Part shown: piece by piece, positions 1 through 33,610 of the stretch | How positions within the stretch are numbered: the first letter of the stretch is position 1 | Layout: every line of letters starts with the position of its first letter | Origin: the human T2T-CHM13v2.0 reference genome, Homo sapiens | DNA: 64,000 nt | Assembly (NCBI RefSeq): GCF_009914755.1 | Contig: NC_060943.1 | Strand: one strand, 5' to 3' | The notes under the pieces: generated by a model | The model's database searches: none | What the model was told of the DNA's origin: nothing | What the model saw: the letters and a program-made list of their open reading frames with translations, nothing else | Program-made: the position numbers and the translations under genes

Positions 1-2184
<2,184 letters not shown>

Positions 2185-2362
2185 TGTGTACAGCCATTCA
2201 CTACCCAGTTTATTTTTTCCCCTAAAAGAAGAGTAAGAATTCCTCCAATGGCTTTGTTTCTACCTTTGCAAATTACAGGCGGGGATGGGATGGCCAGACG
2301 TGTCCCCTTCACTGACAGGGTATAAAAATCAAGGAAAAGAGGCCTGAATAGTTAGGACTCAC

Positions 2363-2441
2363 CACTGGTGCCACGGCGAATTTCGCCTGCAAGGGGGCTA
2401 GGGCTGCAGGGTACTGACTCAGTGGCAGCTTTGCACATGTC
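2363..2441 (-). CDS. C19orf47: C19orf47 coding exon (DMCKAATESVPCSPSPLAGEIRRGTS+1 nt); gene continues beyond left edge
   Basis: tttttcacAG acceptor at 2442-2443 and GTGAGT donor at 2362; 79 nt, phase continues the previous exon; not in ORF track. Confidence 0.9.
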
Positions 2442-2678
2442 CTGTGAAAAAAGAACAGGCACCTGGGTCACCACAGAAGAATCATGCATCAACCTAGAGA
2501 TCTAAGCAACACCACAAGGATCAACACCTGACTGCTAGAGAAGATTCTAACACATTTCACTCCTAACCATAAGAAAGCATCAGATACCTCCAAACTGAGG
2601 GACACTCTATAAAATATCTGACCAGTATATTCAGATATATATATCTGAAGTTCAGCCTCCTCACCTATTGAAAAAATA

Positions 2679-4419
<1,741 letters not shown>

Positions 4420-4621
4420 CAGGTTTGCCTCTCTTTCACAGATGCAGAAAATACAGCTCAGAGAGGTTGGGCAATGTGCCCAGCGTCACACAGCAAATGG
4501 CTGAACCAGCCCTGGAACCTGGGTCGGCCTGCCTCTGCTGCCAGGCCTCCCATTGGCTCTGCAACTGACCCTCCACCTCCATGCCAAACCCAGAGACAGA
4601 GGGGCTGGGCACAGCACCCAC

Positions 4622-4736
4622 CTGACGGTGCACCACTTTGGCATGCTTGAGAATGGCGATGATGTCACCCACCACGGTCACGCCCAGCTCATTCATTATC
4701 TCCTTATTGAGATCCAGCAGCATGCTCTTCTGAATC
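4622..4736 (-). CDS. C19orf47: C19orf47 coding exon (IQKSMLLDLNKEIMNELGVTVVGDIIAILKHAKVVHRQ; SAM-like helical region)
   Basis: ttccctgcAG acceptor, GTGGGT donor, 115 nt; lies within ORF 4436..4831; phases match neighbours. Confidence 0.92.
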
Positions 4737-4831
4737 CTGCAGGGAAAGGTCAGTGGTGAGGCCCCAGGTGGGCCAGAGTGGGTGGGCCAGCCAGCTCCCC
4801 ACCACCCCATCCCCAAGTTCAGCCTCCTCAC

Positions 4832-4919
4832 CTATTATCCACAAACATCACGGCATAATTGACGGCAGGTCCTGGAGGAATGCCGGCTTCCTTAAAGAAC
4901 TGGATCCACTCGGAAGTGG
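4832..4919 (-). CDS. C19orf47: C19orf47 coding exon (ATSEWIQFFKEAGIPPGPAVNYAVMFVDNR)
   Basis: ccccacAG acceptor, GTGAGG donor, 88 nt (2+84+2), in phase with flanking exons. Confidence 0.92.
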
Positions 4920-5800
4920 CTGTGGGGTTGGACAGGGCTCATTACTCACACTGTCCTCTTTAGAGAATAGCATTAGCAAAACCACAATCACAGCAGCTCC
5001 CACAAATTAAATGCTCATCATATGCCAGGCCCTGCATGGAGTGCTCCACACACACATGATGGAACTGAGCCTTCCTGACCCTGTGAGTTAAGCAGTATTA
5101 AGATTCGCCTGAGTTGCCGATGAGGAAAATGAGATAGGGAAAGGTTGGGCAACCCACCCCAAGCCACAATGCTAAACAAGGGGCAGAGCTCCCAAACCTT
5201 TACCACAGCCTTTCTCCTTACAGCTCCACCCCGCCCCAGTGCTTGCTCTCTGCATCACTACACATGCTGGGCCCATGACTGATTTAGGGTAACTGGGACT
5301 CTGGGTTCTCTGCCCTAGTCCCCATCAGCCAGCCTAGGCCCAGAGGATGATAGGATCCTCAGGTGGCTGGAAAGAAGCATCATAGAGCCAGCCCATGAGC
5401 CTTGGCAAGCCCCCACCCGCCACAATAGCAAACCTCCCTCAGAGAGAGGCATGGAAGTTACTAACATGGGCTTCGGAGCTTGGGTTTGAATCCTAACCCT
5501 GCGATTTCCCTATGGAGGGACTTTGGGTAAGTTAACTCTTGGTGCCTTGGTTTCCTCATCTGTAAACCTGGGATAACAGATCTGACAAGTGTTTACCCAG
5601 CATTTGGCAAAGGACAGGTCCTGTCCTACACACGGGGGATACCACAAGGCACAAGATGAAGTCCCAGCCCTTGTGGAGCTGAGATTTTAGTGATAACAGC
5701 CCCAATGTCCTTGAGTCACTGTGCAGACTCAATGAGAACCTCCATATAAAAGGCTTTAAATGATGCTTGACCCAGAGGACATCCTCAAACCATGACAGCA

Positions 5801-5838
<38 letters not shown>

Positions 5839-5840
5839 TA
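5801..5840. repeat. (ATT)n microsatellite
   Basis: Direct reading. Confidence 0.9.
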
Positions 5841-5986
5841 CTCCCATCACCACTAAACATAGAGCCACAGCCAAGACCAGGCAGACCCCACCTATGAAAC
5901 TTTATTCTTTCTAAATTTTCTTGGCTTCTTGGTGGGTGTGACCCTCAAACTGACCCCAACCTGCCAGGCCAGGTGATAGCTAAGAT

Positions 5987-6140
5987 CACTGATTCGAAGT
6001 AGAACTTTTTTTCACATTTTGACATCTCTGAAACTAGGATCTACTTCATGACTGACAGTGTGCCATAGTTTAATTAGCAAACTGTTTTTCTTTCTCAGTA
6101 CATCCAATAATCCATGCTATTTTAGATTAGAAGAAATCTG
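5987..6140 (+). mobile_element. MER104-like Tc2 MITE
   Basis: TTTTTCACATTTTGACATCTCTGAAA...CATAGTTTAATTAGCA resembles MER104. Confidence 0.55.
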
Positions 6141-6480
6141 TTATTACCTCACCCATTTTTCTTTTAAGACAATAGAGACTCAGAGCAGGGAAACAGACAC
6201 ACAGGTGTTACACGAGTGGCAGTGCGGGGCTCAGGTGAAACTCCATGGGCCACATCTCCAAGAAGGCCCCTGCCCAGCCAGCCACAGGCCGGTTACCCAG
6301 GGTGCTGACTGGCCCTTGGGGACTGAGGCTGGCGAGGAGCTCATGTCCTTAGGATTTCCTCCGCCAGGCCAGAGGAAAGGGGTACCATTTCCCTATGTTG
6401 TGCAGGCACCATCCACCTGCTAAGCCATAGGGCCCTGGGTCCCACTGACCAGAAGCAGGCACCTCTAACTATCAACAAGC

Positions 6481-6769
6481 ACCACATAATGATTCCATGT
6501 ATATGAAGTGTCTAGAACAGGCAAATCTAAAGAGAAAGTAGATTAGTGGTTGCTAGGGGGACAGGGGAAGTGACTGTTAATGGGTATGGGGTTTTAATTT
6601 TTTTGAGACAGGGTCTCCCTCTGTCGCCTAGGCCAGAGTGCAGTGGCGCAATCATAGCTCACTGCCGTCTCAACCTCCTGGGCTCAAGCGATCTTCCCAC
6701 CTCAGCTTCTCAAGTAGTTAAACTACAGGCGCATGCCACCAGGCCAGGCTAATTTTTTGTATATATATA

Positions 6770-6805
<36 letters not shown>

Positions 6806-7495
6806 AATATATATATATACACATATATATACACAAATATATATATACACAAATATATATATACACACACACACACAAATACATATATATATATACACAT
6901 ATATATATATTTCTTTTTAGATGGAGTCTCATTCTGTCACCCAGACTGGAGTGCAGTGGCGCAATCTCGGCTGACTGCAACCTCCACCTCCGGGTTCAAG
7001 CAATTCTCCTGCCTCAGCCTCCTGAGTAGCTAGGATTACAGCCACGCGCCACCATGAACAGCTAATTTTTGTATTTTTAGTAGAGACGGGGTTTCACCAT
7101 GTTGGTCAGGCTGGTCTCAAACTCCTGACCGTGTGATCCACATGCCCTGGCCTCCCAAAGTGATGAGATTACAGGCGTGAGCCACCGCCCCCGGCATTTT
7201 TTTGTATTTTTTATAGAGACAGAGTTTTGCCATGTTGCCTAGGCTGGTCTCAAACTCCTGGACTCAAGCGATCCACCTGCCTCGGCCTCCCAAAGTGCTG
7301 GGATTACAGGCATGCACCATAACACCCTGCTAAGGTATGGGGTTTCAAGAGAGAGTGATAAAGATGTTTTAAAATTGATTATGGTGATGGCTGCACAACT
7401 CTGTGAACAGATAATATAAAAACCATCGAATTATACACCTTAACTAGGTAAAATGTATGATAAATGCATTATAGCTACACTAAGCTGTTATTAAG
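6481..7495 (+). mobile_element. Old L1M 3'-end fragment split by nested Alus and a microsatellite (6597-7333)
   Basis: GATTCCAT.TATATGAA.TGTC.AGAACAGGCAAATCTA...GGTGATGGCTGCACAACTCTGTGAA L1M 3'UTR motifs. Confidence 0.65.
6758..6910. repeat. Compound (TA)n/(CA)n microsatellite at an Alu tail
   Basis: Direct reading. Confidence 0.9.
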
Positions 7496-7574
7496 GGGAG
7501 AAAAAAGTACCACGTAGGTTGGGGGTAGCTCTCTGAGCCAAAGCCTATGATTGATTAATTGACTGATTGACTTT

Positions 7575-7678
7575 AAGGCTAGTCAAGTGAAGCAGTAGGA
7601 AGGGAGAAGGAACAAAGAAATCTGTAACTGGTTGTGATCAATTAGTTGTAAAGACCAATCAGTTCCTAGGGACCAGGC
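7575..7678 (-). pseudogene. Y3 RNA (RNY3) retropseudogene
   Basis: Reverse complement matches hY3 (TTTACAACTAATTGATCACAACCAGTTACAGATTTCTTTGTTCC...CACTTGACTAGCCTT); flanked by AAAGCCTRTGA target-site duplication. Confidence 0.9.
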
Positions 7679-7759
7679 AAAGCCTGTGAATTTAACCAAG
7701 AGATTACTGAAACCCAGTGTTTGAGGAATTGAAAGAGTCCCCACATTAAGCACACACCA

Positions 7760-7893
7760 TCATTTCATGTATTGCTAAGGAAGGAAAATATGCAGCCAAT
7801 TAAACTGTCATAAGGCACTGGCTGTAAGATATACCCCTACTTCAGAAATATTAAGTTGTGCAATGATGTGAGTCTTGGAATCGATGAGATGTG
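7760..7893 (-). mobile_element. MER104-like Tc2 MITE, opposite orientation
   Basis: GCAGCCAATTAAACT...TTCAGAAATATTAA...TCTTGGAATCGATGAGAT. Confidence 0.5.
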
Positions 7894-8130
7894 GCTTGTT
7901 GCACACACCAGGAGACACGTACAAGAATATTCATAGCAGTTTGTCTGTGATAGCTCCAACCCAGTAATAATGCAATATCCATTGACAGCAGCATTGATAA
8001 ACACACGGTGGTCACTCTCAAGGTGAAATACTATACAGCAGTGAAAAGAAAGTCAACATAGATGACCCTTAGACATTATGTTGAGCAAAAGAAGCCAGAT
8101 ACAAAAGAACACAAGGTATGATTTCATTCA

Positions 8131-9860
<1,730 letters not shown>

Positions 9861-10353
9861 ATATATAATATATATAATATACTTTTCTATATTATAATAA
9901 ATGTCAAAATTTTTCAAAGCCACCAACTAACCTCTGTGCCTTAGCAATCCCCAAATACAGAGCTTAAGGCTTGTGATAATAACAACACCTAAGGTTTGTT
10001 TAGAACTATGCCCAAGCTTTTACATGCTATAATCTCCTTAATCCCAGGATGTGTGAATATCATTTCCATTTCACAGGTGAGAAAACCAAGGCTCTGTGAG
10101 GCCACGTGGGAGACCTGCTGGACTTCATAACCCACGTTCTTCACAGCTAAACTATACAGTCAGGAGAGAGATCCAGTGACGAGGCGGGCAGGCCTCAAGC
10201 AGTTCCAGCCCCACCCTGCCACGGTCCTCAGAGTACAGCTGTTCCTGCCAGTGACCCAGTCCTCCCTCCCCCATCCCATCATCCCCCACCAAGGCCATAC
10301 CTCAAAAAGGGCAGTGGGGAGAGGGGGCCCTGGAGAGAAGGCCACAGACTCAC

Positions 10354-10405
10354 CCATAGTCACGGAGACCATCGTCTCCCTGGCCCTGACACTGCTCCCT
10401 GGAGC
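10354..10405 (-). CDS. C19orf47: C19orf47 exon 2: APGSSVRARET then ATG at 10372 (MVSVTM...)
   Basis: Long polypyrimidine tract + cAG at 10406-10407; GTGAGT donor at 10353; phase 1 joins exon 4832-4919. Confidence 0.88.
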
Positions 10406-10510
10406 CTGAAAGAGAAGAGAGGAGAGAGCCCATGAGCTGCTGCCGGCTGTGAGTGTTTGTCCCTCTCCTGTGCCTGTCTGTCTGCATGCCAGAGGAATGT
10501 TCCTGGGCTA

Positions 10511-10954
<444 letters not shown>

Positions 10955-12239
10955 CAAACAAACAAACAAACAAACAAACCCAAAACCCTATTCACTGAGA
11001 ACCTACTATGTGTAAGGCACTTAGGGATACCAAGTTGAACAAAGCCATGGAACTTAGCAGCTAGCTGGGTACAGGGGACAGGGGAGACAGAGAGTAAACA
11101 AGCCAAACAGTTAATATAGTACGTTAGGAAGCCTTTAGTGCCACGGAGAAGACATGGAGGACCTGGGAAGGGAGGGGTTGTAATTTTCAGCAGAGTGATC
11201 AGGGAAGACCTAAAGCAACATTTAGAGACCTAAAGGGAGGGAAGCAATGAGCCATGTGGTTTTACAGAGAAAAAGTGTTCCAGAAGAAGGTACAGCAAGT
11301 CCAGCGCCCTGAGCCAGTGGCTCATCTGGCATGCTGGAGGGAAAGCAAGGAGCCAGTGTGGCTGCAGTGGAGCGAGCAGGAAGGACACTGGGAGGAGACA
11401 GGTCACAGAAGTGGCGACCTGATCATGAGACGTCCCAGAGAAGACATGGAAAACCAATTTTCCCTTACATTAGCAGATGGTAGAAAGGTGGTGTTAAGGA
11501 CATATTAGCACCAATGGAGACTGTCTCCGTTAAAAGCAGTGTTGAATGGGAACTAAAGGAAATAACTTTTTCATGTGCTGATTCAACGCTATGCGACTCC
11601 AGGATCATGGGGCCCACACTGCCCTGGCCCAAACTTCCTTCCTACTTAGCCCTCTGCCTCTTCCCTGACCCGGCTCCTCTGCCCTCTTCCCTCACTCTGT
11701 TCCCTTCTATCTACCGCAGCCCCCAATACTGATCCTCCCTCACCCCCGCATGGGGTGCAGAAGCCCTCTGTCCCAGAACCTTCCTGTTTACCACCCCATA
11801 CGACCTGTCCCATCCCCTAACAGATTTTGATGGTATAATGGAGTGGTCAAGAGTAACAACTCTGCAACCAGACTGTACAGTTCAAATCCAGCTCTACCAC
11901 TTATTAGCTGTGTGATCTCGGCAAGTGACTTCAACAGTCAGGCCGCGGTGTCACCATTTGTGAATTGGGAGGGTGCAAACATGACTTACCTTAGAGGACT
12001 GCTATAAGGGCTGGATGAGTTTCTATGAATAAAAGCACTTGAGACAGTGCTTGGTGCCTACTAAGCACCCTGGAGGTGTTGTGCCTGGTCTCATCCTCCA
12101 GGCCTCCTTCCCCACACAGGTGCTTTGCCGGCCTCCCAGTTTTTAGAGGATGTCACCTGTGCCTGGAATGCCTGTCTCCTCCTGGCAACCTATCCTTCCT
12201 TCTGCTCCACTGCCATCTACTTTGTGACACTTTCCCTAA

Positions 12240-16075
<3,836 letters not shown>

Positions 16076-16844
16076 CAGCAATGCAAATTTGCCTTCTCAA
16101 ATTAACTTACTGGGGAAAAAAATGCACTAGTCATTATCAAGAAAAAGAAAAAAACTAGTACTTCAGGACTCAGCAAAATTGGTCAAATAGTAAGTGACAG
16201 GATGTCGATTTCCCCGGCTCCAATTCTAAGTTTTTCCTATTGCTGTCTCTGAGCTTTCTCCCCCAGCTTCCCTGGAATTCCCAGCTACACCAATGACTCT
16301 CAGAATCATTATCATTATAGTCCCAATCCACGAGCTCTCACTGTGCCAGCCCCTCTGCTTAAAATCTTTACACACACAGATTTCATCAGAATCCTCAAGA
16401 CGACCCTATGATATTGGGACTATCTGCTCTCATTGTACAGATGAGAAAAAACGGGGTTCAAGGAAGCGAAGACACAGGCCCCACTGCCGCACAGTGGAGC
16501 GGGACTTGAACCAAAATTCGACGGCTTCCAAACCCAACAATTTTTCATACTAAGCGCTCAAACATCAATACTAATAATAATAGTATAGTAACGAAGTGAG
16601 CGTTATGCGGAGGCGCTGAGCTAAGGCATCCAACGTACACGACCTGACTTCTCACTCCCATTTATAAAGCCGGTGATACAGTCGGATTCTAACCCCCATT
16701 CCACAGGGGAGGAAACTGAGGCTCAAAGAAACAAATCGTAAGTCCGAAGCCGTACAACGGAGCCCGAACTGAGTCCAGACACCCGGACGCCACCCGTCCC
16801 TACCGCAACCGGCCCAGTCCCACCACCCCCGGCCCGCGCCTCAC

Positions 16845-16949
16845 CTGGCCCACCGGGCCCGCGCCCACTCGCGCCGCCCGCCCTCCCTCCCGGCGGCGCC
16901 AACTGTCAGACACTCCTCCCCCGGCCCGGGCTGCCCGCCCCGGATGCAT
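16845..16949 (-). other. C19orf47: C19orf47 first exon using donor at 16844 (5' end approximate; possible in-frame ATG at 16949)
   Basis: GGCCAG|GTGAGG donor inside CpG island. Confidence 0.6.
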
Positions 16950-16957
16950 CCTCTCAC

Positions 16958-17035
16958 CGCCGGAAGCTGAACTGACTCGTCCGCGGCCGCTCTACCCCAA
17001 CAGGCCGCCACCAGCGAGAGTGCGGCCATAACCAT
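16958..17035 (-). CDS. C19orf47: C19orf47 alternative first coding exon (MVMAALSLVAACWGRAAADESVQLPA), long isoform
   Basis: ATG at 17035, 26 codons, GCG|GTGAGA donor at 16957, phase 0 into exon 10405. Confidence 0.6.
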
Positions 17036-17169
17036 CACGTGACCGCCCACCGACACCAGCGAGAGTGCAGTCGTAACCGTCACGTGACCGCCCACCGTCG
17101 GCCCGGCGCTCCCCTCCGCCCGAAGCTAGCAAGCGGCGCGGCCAATGAGAAAGGCGCATGCCTGGCCCC

Positions 17170-17289
17170 CGCCGGCCTGCAGTCTAGCCGTAGTGCGCCT
17201 GCGCGCGGCTAGGAGGGGCCGTCAGGCGGGGATACAGCCTGGAAGGTGCGTGTGGGGCTGGGTCTCGGAGTGGGAGACGTGGAGTGCAG
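17170..17289 (+). other. PLD3: PLD3 non-coding exon 1 (TSS approximate; alternative donors after 17245 and 17289)
   Basis: GGAAG|GTGCGT and TGCAG|GTACTG donors just downstream of the promoter motifs. Confidence 0.7.
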
Positions 17290-18197
17290 GTACTGTGCGA
17301 TCTGGGGGCGCGGCGCCTCGGCTACCCTCCTCGTGTTGTCTTCCACGCTATAATGCATGGAATATAATATATATTATATGGAATATAATATATGGAATAT
17401 AATATATATAATTATAGCGTTGTCTTCCACGCTATAATTTATGTCGTCCTCGGTCTCTTTATGTCACCATTCCTCTCCTTCTGTCTCATCCCACTTAAAT
17501 CCTCACAACTCCTTCTGTCGCCATCACCCTCTTTAAATCCTCACAACTCCTCTTGTTGTCATCAACGCCCTTAACTCGCTTTCGTTCCCTGTAAGCCCTC
17601 TTTGCCACCATAGGTCGTAATCGCTCCCTTTAAATTCGTCATCGCCATATGTTACCTGCATCCTGCTTTTGTTGCCATTTCTCCTTTATAAAATCCTCAT
17701 TTCTCTTTAAACCCTCATCATACCCCCAAGTCACCTTCGCATGGCTACTGTCCCCATCGCTCTTCTTAAATCGCGCTAATGCAACTCTTACGTCATCATT
17801 ACCCCTTGTGTCTTTGTCCCTCCCTTGGCATCACTGTTCCTCTGACCAGTCACCATCCACTCCTCATGCTTCCAGTTTTCCCCATAAGGAGCCACCCAGC
17901 CTTACAGTTATTTTTCTTCCCTCCGTGTCTTCGTCATTTCCCCGTGTCACATCTCACATAACATACGGGGTACTGCAGCCCATTACCTGGGGTGTGTCAG
18001 AATCCCAGCCCCACCACTACACCTCTGGATACCTTGACTGCCTTATGGCACCTTTCCAATCCCAGCTTCATCTGCAAAATGCACACGGGGACATCCACAT
18101 CAGGGCTGAGTGTGACGATTCTGTGAGTTTATTCTTGTGGTAGGCTCAGCTTGACATGGTGTTTTTGGCTAATATTGTTATTAACCATGTCACCCTC

Positions 18198-22000
<3,803 letters not shown>

Positions 22001-22034
22001 AGGTAATTTCCCTGAGCCCTGCCACCTCATCTGA

Positions 22035-24160
<2,126 letters not shown>

Positions 24161-26513
24161 CTGCAATCTCAGTTTCTGGAGCAGGGCTTGTCAGCAAGTC
24201 ATTATTGATTAAATATTAGTTGAATTAATAGATTAATTAACTGGCCACTGAGCACCTGCTATGCACTTTCCTATGCTCCATGGTACTGGGGACATGGCAG
24301 TGAGTTAGATAGCCTGGACCTGCCGTCATAGGTCTCCCAGTCAAATAGGAGAGACGAACCCATCATTAGGCACTGCCAGCAGCAAGCACTGCCAGCTAAT
24401 CACAGCACTGATTTTGAGCAGGAGTGGGACAGCTTAGATTTCTCTAGTTCCAATTTAGAAGTGTTCACCATTCATGATGCTTTCTTGGACCTATTTAATT
24501 GTTTTTCAGACTGACCGTCTTCTCTCCCTAGGAGGCATAGGCAGAGGGATCAGGGCTGGGAAAGGGAGGCCCAGGGGACTGTGTGAGCCCAGAGGGCTTC
24601 ATGGAGGAGGTGGTATGTGAGCGGACAGAAATGAGCAAGGTGTGCTCGGCAGGGAAAGCAGCTGTGGGAGGGTCTGGTGATGAAAGTGTGGTTTTGGTTC
24701 AAGGAACTGAAAGATCATAAATATGGCTGGGGTGGGAAGAACGGTGAGAGAGTAGGCCAAAGAGGTCATTCAGGGAAGATCATTCAAGGCCCTGTCAGCC
24801 ACAGTGAGGAGCTGAGACTGTGTACTGAGGACACCGGGGAGCCACAGAGTTTTTGAGCAGGAGAGGGATGTGTCAAATTCACGTGGAGGTCGGATTGCAA
24901 GGATTGAGTGGAGTCTGGAAGCCAAGGGAGGTGGCTGGAGTGGGGACCCAGGTGGGAGAGACTAAGTCAGAGCTTGTGGGGGAGGGCGAATTGGAGAGAC
25001 CCTCACAGGACCAAGTCGACAAATGGTTGGGGTCCAGGACAAGGCCCAGGGCTGGGGGTAGTCAAGGAGAGCTTTCTGGAGGAGGAGGCACCAAGGCTGA
25101 GACCTGAAGGATGGGTTCAACAGCTCTTCTTGAAATGGGGACCTGGGGCAGGAAGATGGTAAGGACAGTTGGGGACATAGTAGGTGTGGGAGTCTGGGGA
25201 CACCTTGAAGGAGGTATCTGGGGGGCCCTGGAACCTCTAGAGCTGGAGTCAGGGGAAAGGAGGAAACAAGACAGAGCTTTGGGTTGAGAAAGAGGGAATT
25301 GAAGCTGTAATGATGGGGGAAGGTCCACAGGGGCCTGTCCATGTAGGGCTCTGTAGGACATGGTAAGAAGTTTGTCCTTTGTCCTGGGGGCAATGGGGAG
25401 CCACAGAAGGATTTTGAGCAGGAGTGAGACAGCTTAGGGTTTTTAAGTTCCAGTTCAGAAGTGTTTATCATTCATGATGCTTTTTGGACCTATTTAATTG
25501 TTTTTCAGACTGACTGACTTCTCTCCCTAGGAGGGGCACTTATTTTAAAGGGTCCGTTGAAATAAAAGATCTAACTGCTGAAAATGAAAAATCAGTTTGC
25601 AAAACCAGTGTTCTGTTCCGTTTTCTGTAGACAATTGATGGTTCAGTCCAAAGAGGTCAGAAACAATTGATGGTTTAGTCCAAAGAGGTCTGTACCATCT
25701 AGTGAAAATCAGCACCATTAAACATGAGAACATTTCTGTTTTAAACCATTTGGAAGCCCCGTGAATTTTATTTTATTTTGTTATTTTTAAAATTAGAGAC
25801 AGGGGTCTCGCTCTGTTGCCCAGGCTAGTCTCGAACTGCTGGGCTCAAGCGATCCTCCCACTTCAGCCTACCAAAGTGCTGGAATTACAGATGTGAGCTA
25901 CTGCTCCTGGCCAGCCTGTGGATTTGTAAATGTCTCCTGTGGTGTGATCTGCCTCATGTTTCCTGTATGTAGGCTTCAGAAGCACACTCTGCATTCTCAG
26001 ATGGCTTGAATCAGCCTTGACTTTTTCCCCACCCTCTCAGCCTGAATCTCAGGTTGAGATGCCATTATCTGCACCCACCCTATATGCTCTGGGCTTAGAA
26101 CTGATACCAGCTGGTTATCATTGTGTATAAAAGTGTCACTAGGTATAGAGAGACATCTAAAATAATCTCCTCTCAAAATTTTCTATTCTGCTGCTCCATT
26201 TCTTCTGCTTTCAGTATTTTTTGAGCAATTACAATGGTCTGGGCCCTAGAGCTAGAGGAATAAATCAGACACGGACATAGCAAGGGACACATATGTTGAT
26301 TATGTGTGATTAAAATGTATACAAGATACGAGGGCGTACACAGATCTCACCAACTAGCATGTTTCAAGGGCTTACTGTGCTTCCTGCCTTCCATGGATGA
26401 TCTCATTGACTTCCCAACAAATGTGAGGTTGGTATTATTAATCTCCACATTGTTCAGAGAATGAAAGTGTGGCTTAGAGAAGGGAACCTCTTTTCCCAGT
26501 TCCACAGAGCTGA

Positions 26514-33610
<7,097 letters not shown>

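Larger units (their letters stand above)
16730..17330. promoter_or_regulatory. CpG island / bidirectional promoter of C19orf47 (-) and PLD3 (+)
   Basis: High CpG density; ETS CCGGAAG 16960-16966; TCACGTGAC E-boxes 17035-17043 and 17080-17088; CCAAT 17142-17146; NRF1-like GCGCATGC 17154-17161 and TGCGCCTGCGC 17194-17204; divergent splice donors on both strands. Confidence 0.9.

Noticed and set aside
6718-7029. Cys/Val/Tyr/His repeat ORFs
   Set aside because: Translation of a (TA)/(CA) microsatellite
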